A DNA stretch of 64,000 nucleotides from Phallusia mammillata. Lineage: Eukaryota. Positions 39,214 through 50,905 of the stretch are shown here, in pieces. The position numbers and the translations under genes are program-made. How positions within the stretch are numbered: the first letter of the stretch is position 1; the number at the start of each line of letters is the position of its first letter. The notes beneath the pieces were generated by a model. The model was given only the letters and a program-made list of their open reading frames with translations, ran no database searches and was not told where the DNA came from. The stretch lies in NCBI GenBank assembly GCA_965637545.1, contig OZ281495.1, positions 25,048,001-25,112,000 of the forward strand, written 5' to 3'.

Positions 39214-40167
39214 GCAGTGGAAATATATTGATGAGCATTAAAATGTCCTCCAAGGCATTGTGAAATCTTGTAAACTGCTGATTTATAATTCTCGAGTTGG
39301 TAATAAACATTCATATTTGTGTTAGCCATGCCATTTGGATCATTCAGTAGCCTACATAACAATGCAGCAGAATAAGACATCAAATTTGTCCCCCTACTTT
39401 TGTATCTCTATTTTACGGAGGTATTATTAACCATACAAAGTTACTTAACTGGTATTAACTGGTATTTGTGCATCGAACGTTAAGTGGGATTACAGCAGTG
39501 GTATTTCCACTGGAGTGGTTTACGTTTAGCCAGTAGAAGTTTTAAAACTTGTCTTGTGTAGGTCTACGGTGTTTTCATCAGTAAAAAAAACAAAGATTAA
39601 TTCAAGATTATCAACAGCTATAGTTTCACCTACTTGCCGAGTTTTACTAAACTAAGCTTAGAGTCGTTTAGCTTAAATAAAACTATCTTCGTTTTAATTT
39701 CAGGAAACAATTATTTTCGGGTGTCTGTTGCCCCAAATGTTGTTTTAGGACCAACAAGTTGTGTATTTTAACTGTTTTGAAGTGCTTAATAAAGCATGCA
39801 AGAAGAAAATTAGAGCATTTTTGCCGGTCCCTGAAGATAAGTGTACTACTTTAGTTTTGTTTACTAAGGTCACGTTTTTAGTTTATGGAGCGGTTACTTT
39901 TTTACAGAAGTTAAGAATGAAGAAGCTCCATGTATTGTGACTCTAATGAAGTTGTAACAGCGTTAAAATTATGGGCCATCTTCCCTGAAGTTTGTTGATT
40001 TGTCATTTGCAGGTTGTGATTGTTGTGTGTTACCCTGTAGCTGCAATATTTATCCCTCTCCCCCTAAATCGGGTGATTTTTTTAAGAATGTCCGAGTTGG
40101 ATGAAATTTGAAAAGTTTTTCGAATTTGCAATTTACAATGTCAACTGTTGTTATTTACCCTGTAGTC

Positions 40168-40690
40168 CAGTGGTTTTCAAACTTTTTCATTATTTTTTCA
40201 AAACGGTCCCTTTGCCATTATTTCGAGGCCTCGCGGTCCTTACGCCTGAACGTGTATTTCAGAAAAACAAAAGTTGATTGCAGGATTTTAGCTAGTTGTG
40301 CAAAATTGCGCATAACAATGGTCCAAAGACAGCATGTGACATCACAAACAAGACAAAAAACATTAAGATTGTGCGCGAACAAATGCATTTTTGTTAGTTG
40401 TCATACAATAAAGCAGGGGTTCTTAACCTGGGGTGCGGGGATGCTGAATCATTAAGGTTGGTTAGGCCTATTCTATTTAAGCAATTACAGAAGGGGGAGC
40501 GAAAATTGGTTAGTGATTTGAAAGGGGGTGCGAAAATTGGTTAGCAAGGAAAAAATGTTTCGCAATGGGGGGAAAGTCGATTCTCAATTCTACTTTGATT
40601 TAAACGTATTAAGTGGCACAAACTGACGCCAAATATGATTATAAAATTACTTCAACCTTTTCGCGGTCCCCCTAAAATTGCCCCACGGCA
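40168..40690. mobile_element. Truncated, nested hAT-type MITE fragments
   Basis: CAGTGGTTTTCAAAC at 40168 and CAGGGGTTCTTAACC at ~40414. Matching right ends not identified. Confidence 0.45.
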
Positions 40691-41049
40691 ATTGCCCCCC
40701 AATTTACCCCCCCAGATCCCTAAAACGGGTAATTTGTTTTCAACAATATTTGAGTAGAATGAAATTAAGACAGTAGGCTATGTATAATAGGCCATTTATA
40801 GGTGTCAATTGTGGTGATTCACACTATATTCCTACCATTTAGCCTTAAGTCTTTTAAATTTGGTCAAACTTGTAACAATGTCCGAATTACATTAGATTTG
40901 GACAGTTTGTACTTTGCACAATACGACTAAGGAATATGAAATTCATTATTTACATTTTCTGCCTGCAGAAACAAATCAAGGTTATAAAAATGCCAGCTAA
41001 TATGGGACCCAACATAAAATAAGCATAGGGAATATATTATTGTTTTTAA

Positions 41050-41240
41050 ATAGGTCATAGTGTATATGCAATGGCAAAATGAGCCAAACCACCCTTCTTT
41101 TTTGAGAGAGTCCCAAAATACCGCACTGGACACCTACTCGACCACGTTTTTTTTCACGGGATTCGAACCCAGGACTCTCCTTAGAACATTGTTCTAGATT
41201 GCAGCACTTGTACGCCACCAAGCGGTTGACCGACAGCACC
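41050..41240 (-). mobile_element. tRNA-derived SINE
   Basis: Minus strand GGAGAGTCCTGGGTTCGAATCCCGTGAAAAAAA (B-box), shared with the element at 47695. Confidence 0.6.
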
Positions 41241-42222
41241 TGACAATTTTTAAGTGTCAAACACTCGATGCACCAAAGTTATTTATTAGTATTAGCATGC
41301 TGGAAATTTGACATTTTTTGGGTTGGTTAAAAAGGGTATCAAAAGTAATTCAGCCCTTAAAAAATATACCTACATATAAAGTAGCGAGACGGTTTGTTCA
41401 CTCATGCCATAATTAGCGATGTTGTTGCAAAAAATTTGATCTCTGTTTTTTTAAGCAGTATTAATCGAATGTTTAAAGTTATCTGTGCGGTTTCTTCCGG
41501 TTAAAAAGTCAGTCGCTGTAAAATGTTTACGCAACACGTTAAAAACTTTTTTCCAGAAATTAACAATAAGTTTATGCATGGAGTTGCATGGCGCAATTAC
41601 GTAGCCTAATTAGCTGTGTTGTTTCGGCTAAATATGTTACAATCATCTATTCCTATTGGATCAGAACTTTTATTAATATGAGAGGTCGCTAATAGTTTTT
41701 GTAAATTTTGAACGTTAAGTACATAACCAAAGTTTTAGGGAGTTTTTCATCGAGTTCACGTTTTGGTTGCATTTTTGTCGTTCGGTACATGCATATTCCT
41801 GGTTAAGTTATAAGCCTACGTAATCTTTTGACTAGTGGTCGTTTAACTACACGGAGCTGTTTACATCGATATAAGTACTTCTGACAAATGATGGACGGTG
41901 GTTGGGGCCGAAAATTTTGCGGAAGTGATCAATAACATGGCATAAACCAACAGCTGTGCTATACAAGCAAACGACAAAACAGTGTTTTGCTTCAACTTTG
42001 CAGACAAGGTACAAAACATTTACTTGGTAAAGATAAAAAAAAAACAGAGAGTGAAGTCTTGTTGTGGATTAAAACACGAATGTTGTTTGCCTGCTGGATG
42101 GTAAAACAGCTATAAGTATTTGACTTTTTCGCATGAACTTGGAGGATTTCTGCAGATTTGTGTAAGAGATTGATATCTTGTAGGTGTTTGCAAAAAAACA
42201 ACATTGTGACCATTCATTTGCA

Positions 42223-43846
42223 ATGAGTGGAACCCCTGTAACATATCAAAATGTTAACCAGACTACTTATCAGACTTTTCCTGGTAAATTAACCAGCGCA
42301 CCCAATATTACCGACCCAACAGCATTGTGTGGGGTCCCTCCATTCTGTGATAAATCTGCAGTCACGGGATGCTCCAAGATAGTATTGTCAGCATGCAACA
42401 GTTGTAACATGGTAGGAGCAGCATTGTTCATTACCATGGTTATCTTGCTTGCTGTGGCAGTCTTACTCTCCAACGGATTTGTGATATTTTGTTCGGTTAC
42501 CACGAAACCGGGATTCACAGGCCAATACGGAATAATCAAAGCATCACTGGCGGTGGCCGACTTTCTTTCAGGTAAGCAGAAGGAATTATGCCCAAATGGT
42601 CGGTGCTAAAATGTAGTTTAAACCTTACCTGAAACTAATCGTTGGCTTTGTGCTAGGTATCCAATTGCTAGTGATCGTCGTCTACAATTTTACCTGGTCC
42701 ATAAACGTTAGTGCAAGTGAACTCGGACGCCGGGCATACAACCTTCGTGGTTCAACCGAGGCAACACTTGGAGGAATCTTCTATTTGTTCTGCTTTGTTT
42801 CGTCGCTCCACCATCTAATATTAATGAGTCAGCAACGCCTGTATGCTATCGGCTGGCCAATTAAATACAAGTTTCAGAAACAACAAACTATTTACATCCT
42901 ACTTGCGGTTGTGTGGATAACTGCTATAACCACATCATCAGCCCCAGGTAAAAATTCATAAACGTGCTTAGCTAATCGTCAGCAAACCTGGTAATGTGAA
43001 ACTTTCATAAGTTACAAGAATGTTCTTTTTTCAGTTTGGTTTCCACACAATCTTACATTTGTGTATGTGGTTCCGGCATTTCTCTTCAATTTGTCGACAA
43101 GTAAAAACTACCAATCCCTGATGCACGTCTTTTTTACCATTTACGTATTGCCTTTCCTTCTCATGGTACGTTTGATAGCAGCTTCATCTTGGGCAGAAAA
43201 TATTATGGGGTTAAATGTCTTTTTAAGTAATTTTACACTTAATTTTTTCACACATTTTGGTTGATATTGTGATGCTGTGTTTTACCCAAGACATCAGCGT
43301 CGCAAAAATTTGATAAGCGATATACAAGACTTACAACAAACCAAGCTATGCCTTCGTTCTGCAGACGCTGATGTCAATAACAACAGCCCTGGTGGTAAGG
43401 TTTAAGTTGGCGAAAAAGTGGAAGGAACTAAGAGACGACAGAAAACGCGAAGTTTCAATATTTGTTTCTGTGGCTTTGATGCAATTCGGATTTACTATTA
43501 CACTCTGTAAGGACAAAAGTAAACAAACATATTCTACATGTGAAAAACATACTTGCATTTTGCAGTACCCATTGTCGTGTTGATTCTGCTTACATATACT
43601 GGAGCCATTTCTTGCAACAACTTATCACTGCCGTTCGCCGTTTGCTTTTATTGCAGCATGTCCAACAGGTGCGGCGTAAATTTGAAAATAAAGCACAAAA
43701 TAATAACTTAACTTACTTTGTATTTTAGCCTGGTCAACGTTGTTGTATATAGCTTTCGCGATGAGAAGTTCCGCGAGGCGATTGTCAATTACCTTTCCTG
43801 GTTGTGCAAGACAAGAAAAAAAGAAATGAGTCATCACACAAACTGA
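42223..43846 (+). CDS. Orphan class A GPCR, copy 6 (short N-terminus)
   Basis: Approximate exons 42223-42571, 42657-42947, 43035-43166, 43365-43506, 43566-43668, 43729-43846. Motifs SLAVAD, SQQRLYAI, NSLVNVVVY. Confidence 0.88.
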
Positions 43847-45165
43847 CAAACAGTTTGACTAGCCACAAATAGTTTTGGGATTAACATTAATTTTGTTTTA
43901 CGAAAGCAACCTAACAAAAACACAGCAGCCTTTGAATAATGCCATGCCTTTTACATGTCTAAATACTGCTGCAAATTTAGTACATCAATGATGCGGAACT
44001 TTGCTGTTCACTTTTACAGCAGAGCGATAACGCTCAGTTTTACTTTTTATGATACTATTATTATTCTTTTTGCACTTTTGTAATCACCTTTTAAATTTTC
44101 TGCACGTTTTCAACCTTTTTCGCAATAAGCAAATGTAAACAACACGTCTCAAAGCTCAAACAAAGGCTTTGAACGCTGTATAAGTACAGTAAGCAGTCGT
44201 CCCACGGCTTGCTTTAGGTCATGTGATTTAATCAGCGCTTGTTACGTCACAACAATTTATCTTTGTCGCCTTTTGAATTGCAATGACAATTTTTTTACTG
44301 TTGACTAGTGTTTGTGTAAACACTAGGCTGTTATTGGGTGTTTGTTTGCTACAGAGACAAGAAATATCGGAGGTAAGTTATTGTGACCTCGCAAACATGT
44401 TTATGGCCAAAGGTAAGTGTTTTGGACCTAATGCTTGCTCAACCTTTGTTTATAGTACAAGTGTATTTGTGAAATGGTTTTAGTCAAGGGCCACCGAACT
44501 ACGCGCCTACGGCAGCACTTAAATTTGTGCAATAAAGCATTGTAACGAACGTTTGGATTGTAAGCTTTGTTTGATCTTAAGACTTTTGCTAAATTTTTGT
44601 TAAACGCTCAATTGCTAAATGCCTCATTGGCGAAAATATTGCGTATTTTCACGTTTAAATTGCTGGATTTTGTTTGGTTTAGTGAGACAAGATCCGTATA
44701 TGGTACTACTGTACTTAAAGGTTGACAAAACCTAAGTTTAGCTTCAACTAACTCAGAATGCAAAAATGTAGTGTTGGGCTTTTAATTGACGACGTTACAT
44801 GAAATGACGACATGCCACAATTTGCAATATAAACGATGTCACACACAAACATTACGCTATTTAGATAGGAGATCTGAAGACATCAAAAAGTATCAACGCA
44901 GCTGCGATTTAGACAAAAATCTGCACTTTTTAGTTCTTCCTGCATCAGTTCAGCAGTTGTCAAAAGTTTCAGCAGCTCAACAACCCGACGTTGCAGGTAA
45001 TCGACACAAAACGTTTTACGCACGAAAATTCAAATAACAGCATGGCTTCTACAAGAAGAGGCAAGCGGGCGTTGAAGGAATTTAATAAATTGCAAAGCAT
45101 AAAATCAAGCAGTCGTGTGGTGGCGCAAAAGGTGCACTTGCCACGTCCAAGAAATGGCGTTTGTT

Positions 45166-48100
45166 CTAGTTTACCTGCAAATACAAAAATGTTACATGAC
45201 CAACAGTTGCAACCAGTTTACACAGCCTTTAGGAAACAACGTTTAATGAACACGGGTAAAAGAATATCCATTTGTATGAGTTTGCTACCACTGCAAGCAA
45301 AACGCTGTTTGTTTGTTGTACCTGCTCCTGTGTTCTCTGATAAGCTTTCCAAAACCATTCAGCAGCTGAAATGTTTTTGTTGTCGTTTGCTTTCATGGCT
45401 TCAATTGCATTGAGGGTTTGTCCAACCGAAGGAACTGAAAAGTCAAACAAAGAACACATGAAAAACTTGAAGTATATTAGAAACATGTTCTATGTATAAA
45501 ATTCAAGTTACCTGCTCCTGGTGGGGTTACGTGACCGTTGCCTTGTGACAACAGTAGTCTTGCAGCAGCAGAATTGTTCAAATTTAAAATGCCATTGCCA
45601 TGGAACCGAGGGTCGGTGGTTGCCTTGACTCCCATGAGGCCGGCGGACGCAAGTGCAGCGTATTGCTGAAAGTTGACAAACTTGACTTTTACACCGGACC
45701 TTAAATCAATCAAATGAAAGAATCAGTTTGACACTTACTTGATAGATAGCAGCTGGATCTGGTACAGCAGCAATGGCCTGTGGAGCGCGAGGCCGAAGGC
45801 CAGGATTGGCAGCGGTATTGGAAGTATTTTGCATCCATGGGGAAATAAGAGGATTATCCATAGAAATTCTTCGGCCCCGTCGTGAACCGCCAGCGCCCCA
45901 TACGTGCGTCCCCATATGAACCTTGGTAAAAAAAATGCGAGATTTGTTATGATTTTATGTAACTTACGAATATTAAGTCGTATAATATCTATACTTACTT
46001 TTAAGTTTCCTTTTGTGGTAAAGGCCCTTCCACAGACACTGCATGCAAACGGCTTTTCACCAGTGTGCGTTCGATTGTGAATCTACAATATAAATGCTTT
46101 GTAATCGTTTCGTCCTGTACAGGCATAAAATTAAAAAAATAAGGGCACTTTTTTCACTGAAAAACTTAGACTAACGGTGGTACTTCATGAGGCGGTGGGA
46201 AACTAACATTGAGTTCAAAGACAACTGCAGACAAGTGTCAACAAACCTGGAGAGAACTGGCTGAAGAAAATTGTTTTTGACAAATGTGACACCAATGCCT
46301 GGGATAAGTTCTTTTGGCCGAAGGCGGCGCTTGATTGGATTCCAAAGGGCGCTGCAATGAAAACAAAGCTGATTACTATAACAGTAAAAAGGTCAGTGAA
46401 TAATATGCAGTGTTTGGCCGAAGTGTACTAGACATGGTGTTTTGGATAAACGAGAGAAATGATTTTTAAATGTTTTAAAATTTTGAGTTTTTGTTTGAAA
46501 AAAAAGCAAACAAACATATTGATTCGTAAACAAACCTTAAGTCCGCTTGTTTGTGAACCGTTAGTCATTGAAGGTGAACTGACCGGACTTTCGTTCGATG
46601 AATTGCCTGCAAAAATGATGTTAGACTATTAAATCGATTTACCACAAAAAAAACGCACCCACATTGAAAACTGTGTTTGTTTAGTGGATGCTGTTATTGT
46701 AGCAATTACTACCTTTTAAGAGTGGGATACAGTGTTTTGTTATCAACGTCAAATATTAGGAGGCCGCCGCCATTTTGTTTTTGATCAAACATCTTGTGTC
46801 GTAACCCTTTCAAAGTCAACCATTTCAAAAACTTGATTTATAACTTTACGGGCGCCAATCGGGTAATGTTAACGACCTTCCCCAATTGCCATTCTGCAAG
46901 CATTCGACAATTTGAACTTAAAGACTGTAAATCTGGTTTCTTGTGGCATTTCCTAATTCCGACAAACCAGCGACAATAATGGCCTTGGGGCCTTTATGGA
47001 TCTCAGCGTGGTAACCACCTTCAGATATTATAAGTTCTGTGTTTTTTTCGCGTGGGTGACAATTTTGCAAAATTTTCTCACCGGCAATAGGGCTTGTCAC
47101 TGGTTCTAGCATATCATCGTCCACTTCGGTTATGTTGTGGGTTAACAAGTGCTGTTTGAGATTTCCTTTCGTGGTAAAGCCTCTCTCGCAAACTCGACAG
47201 ACAAACGGCCGTTCTTTGGTATGACTTCGAAGGTGAATCTGAAAACACGGATTTCGAATCTAAAAATACTTGACTAACCACAGCCACGTAATGAGTGCCG
47301 TTCGCTCAAACAAATAGCGAGTTCCCAGTACACAACTTTTCAGTGTGACATATAAAATTTCTCAAATAATAAACACAAAAATGTCATAAACATTGAAATC
47401 GCGTGTATTTATCGCGAGATAAATTATTTGATAATAGGCGGCGTTTTCTAAAGGTGTGTTAAATATCACAAGACATGTGGATTTGATTTAAAGTCAAATA
47501 ATATGTTTCTTACCTCCAGTGCGCTTTGACATGTGAAGGGTTTGCTGCAAATTTCACACGATGTAGTCATTTTCCTGTGGCGAGCCTCATCGCTTGGCGG
47601 CGACGCCTGAAGGCTCATTATAGACATTCCACCAGGCCGCATGATAGCGCTACATGAAAATAGACAGTTTAGTTCAAAGAGTTTCGTTACTTGGGGGCAG
47701 GAACTTTGCCGAATGGTCCGGCGCGCCTGACCCATATACAGACATAAAAAAAACCTGATCGGGATTCGTCCCCGGGAGAGTCCTGGGTTCGAACCCCGTG
47801 AAAAAAAAAAGTTTCGTTACTTGGTGTTTTTTATGCTCTACTAACCTGCTAGAAGCTAGGTGGGCCAGTTCACTCAGCGGGTTAGAAACAGTTTTTATTG
47901 GACCCATATCTCTGACATCGGTTTGCTCAGTGTCTGATCCCTGCATTGCCAAGTCGCTCGGTGATTTAGAATTTGCTCGGGTTAAATCAAGAGCCGATGG
48001 CTGCATTCGTCCATTGATATGGAAGTCTCGACTATCTTTTCGTAGCGCATCACGATGTGGCTGTGGGCTCGAATCAACAGCTCCATTGGAAGACTCATCG

Positions 48101-50905
48101 GGGGTTGCTCTTGTACCAAAACTCTGTGCTGGAGACTGGTCTTCGAACACCTCGTCGTTAGCTGACGTGTCGTCTTCTGGTTGGTCGCTCGACATGCGGT
48201 TGCCGGGTGCTCCGTTGTCAATGGTTGCGAGGCTCTCTCTTTCTTTTTCAGAGTTAGTCGACGGAAGACTGACTGGGGGATACCCTGGTAAGCTGGCGAC
48301 GCCTGGCTGTTGACCGGCGATGAACCGAGCTACTGCAAAAAAAATGTTTCTAAAAAGCCGAAAAGTTAACAGTATCTCACTATTGTAAAAATGTATCAGT
48401 TAGTAGGTATTGATAAAAACAAGGTAACCTACTTTGTTGCTGATGCTGCTGTTGTTGCTGCTGGCTGTTTATGTACAAATGCATATGCATGTGTTGCTGA
48501 AGAGACTGTTGGTCCATGAAGCGGCTTCCACACAACGGACACTGCAGTACGCTGCTGCGGGACGATGCGCTACTCTGGGGTGGCGATGGTCTTAGTTGTT
48601 GCCGGTGCACGCTGCTGTAGTGGGTCCTCAAGTTGCCGCGCGTCGTAAAAGCACGCGAACATAAATCGCACTTGTAAGGTCGTTCACCTGATGCCAAGGT
48701 ACAATAACTTTAGCAAACCGACAATAAACGGCATGCTTCAAATACCATGAAGATAACAAAAAACGTTTGCAAGGCGCTCACCTGTATGGGTCCGGTAATG
48801 CAACTTGAGGGCGCTCTGGCAGCTCAAGACTCGTCGGCAAATATGACATTCGTTCTTTTCGAGTTCCTTGCCATGATCAATTCGATTCACCAAGTTCTCT
48901 AGTTTCTTTGTTTCTGAAGAAGGAATTCGATTTTGAGCTTGAGCAGGGGATGTAAACGAAGCAGATATCTTTTCTGCATATTTCTTCTCCATGCTTTCAA
49001 TTTTGCAGCTTTCCATTGCGGTTTGGGCTTCCACCATCTTTTCTGTAACTTTACGATTTTCATCACCTTCTGGGTGGGGCTCTTGCGCAGAAAACAATGG
49101 GAATGACAGGGTTGAGTTACCGTGCTTAAAGCCACTTTCGTTGACTGATGCAAGCGAAGTGCTCTGTTCACTCGAACTGTCGTTTTCTGTTTCCGGGTTT
49201 TTCAGAGATTGGACAAAATCCAAGTCACTTTGATTGCTCGGAACCGGGTACTTTCCAATGTCACCATCACGCTGTTCGAACAAGCTATCGCTAGGAGAGT
49301 CTCGATCATTGCCGTCATTGCTTCCATAACCGGGTAAATCAGATTCATCAGGGACCATGGACATGCCAATGGGTATACCGTTGTCGGTGGGAATGTTGTC
49401 CAGATACTCAGGGACCGGGTGAGGATTCATTTCAACATTTGGATACTTGCTCTTGTGCCGAATGAAGTGGACTTTCAGATTGCCTCTGGTGGAGAAGCGA
49501 TTGGCGCAAATGTTGCACTTGTAAGGGCGCTCGCCTGTATGTGAACGCAAATGGATTTGCAGAGCACTGTCGCTTCCGAAAATTTTCTGACAGTAGCGAC
49601 ACGCGTGCTTTGCAAATCCTGCTTGCTGCTTGTCGTCGCTGTTTCCATTCCCTGACGCTGGTGTATTTTTGTTGTCCAAAGCTCGTTCCTTGATTTCGCC
49701 CCCAAAACTGAACGAAGCCCGTTTCGGTTCCAACGAAGACGAACTCTCGCTTAGTCTTTCATCACACTCGTTCGGGTCCGACGCCTCTTTTTTCGTTGTT
49801 AGTTCACCATTGGCAAACTGTCGCTCCAGTACATTGGCCATATTTGGCAAGACACCATTTAACGGTGTAGTTGGTTGTCCACCAGGCCCATTCGTAACTG
49901 CATTTGCCAACATGTTCTGAATTTGCATCCCATTTAAACCAGGGAACTGTTGCTGCGACCCTGGAAAGAAACATGGCGATGGTCGCTGATGTGGTTGTTG
50001 GTTTGTCGATGCCACCATGGCAAGCTGAAAATGCAGATAGTTTAGCATTTGAATCTGGCACATCTGTTGTTGTTGCAGGCGCCGAACTTGGTCCTTGATG
50101 TCCTCGATTTCTTTGGTGTCTTCTAGTTTGGCGGTGGTATCGGTTTCGTCATTTTCGCGTTCCTGTTGTTGCTGTGCCATCATTTGTTTCTCTGTAAACC
50201 TCCTAATACTCTCTTCATATTCGCTAAGTTGGTTAAACCCTTGTGGTTCTCCTGGACTATGATCGCCGCTATCACCTCTTTCGCCAGGCGTGTTATCAGG
50301 ATGAGGTTCTGTGCATTATAAATACCAGCATTTATATTCGCACCCAAAAAACATTACAATTTGCTGATTTTTATCAAGTGAATTAACAATTCAAAGGTGA
50401 TTACCGACCTTGATCGGTTACGTCATCTTTCAATGACATAATGGGTCGCCGATTGTCAAATTCTCGCTCAGTGGTGTTATGGTGCGCGAGGTGTCTTGCA
50501 GATCCTTCATATCGATTTTCGTCGGAATGGCAGAGAGGGTCTGTGGACGCACAGAATTAAACACCATCAGTAAATATTTAGTTTGCAAATGTATGCATCT
50601 ATTTTAACATTGTTAGCTTGCCTCACTGTTATGTTGTGATTTGTTAAAATTGGCACGTTAGCTTATGCATAAATCATAAGAGAAACATGCAGAAAATGAC
50701 AAACATTCAACCTACCGCTACTGACGCTCCCATTTTCCACACTTTGTACCTGAAATAAAATCAAGTTGATTAACCTCGTTAAGGGGTACTTTTAAAAATC
50801 AGTTTAAAAGTTTTCTTACCATGTTTTCCGTCACTTGAACTGTTGATCTTGATTCCAGCTCGCTAACATTCATTTGTCTACTCAAGTTATCCGAACTGCC
50901 GCAAT
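45166..50905 (-). CDS. SALL: Spalt-like (SALL) C2H2 zinc-finger transcription factor, 5'-partial
   Basis: Q-rich [12 protein letters not shown] region; four zinc-finger clusters (9 C2H2 fingers) with SAL boxes [40 protein letters not shown]; SALDLT; [19 protein letters not shown]. About 15 exons seen. The most 5' exon found (50905-50820) begins at a phase-1 acceptor, and no MSRRKQ exon was found in the window. The terminal micro-exon/stop at 45166 is tentative. Confidence 0.95.
47695..47809 (+). mobile_element. Young tRNA-derived SINE in a SALL intron
   Basis: Perfect 15-bp TSD AGTTTCGTTACTTGG (47680-47694 and 47810-47824), A-box-like TTGCCGAATGG, B-box GGTTCGAACCC, A-tract end. Confidence 0.88.

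Noticed and set aside
47680-47824. SINE TSD appearing to duplicate a SALL splice donor (CAA|GTAACG)
   Set aside because: That donor is phase 0 and the next exon needs phase 2. The real donor is AG|GTTAGT at 47845, so the TSD is intronic.
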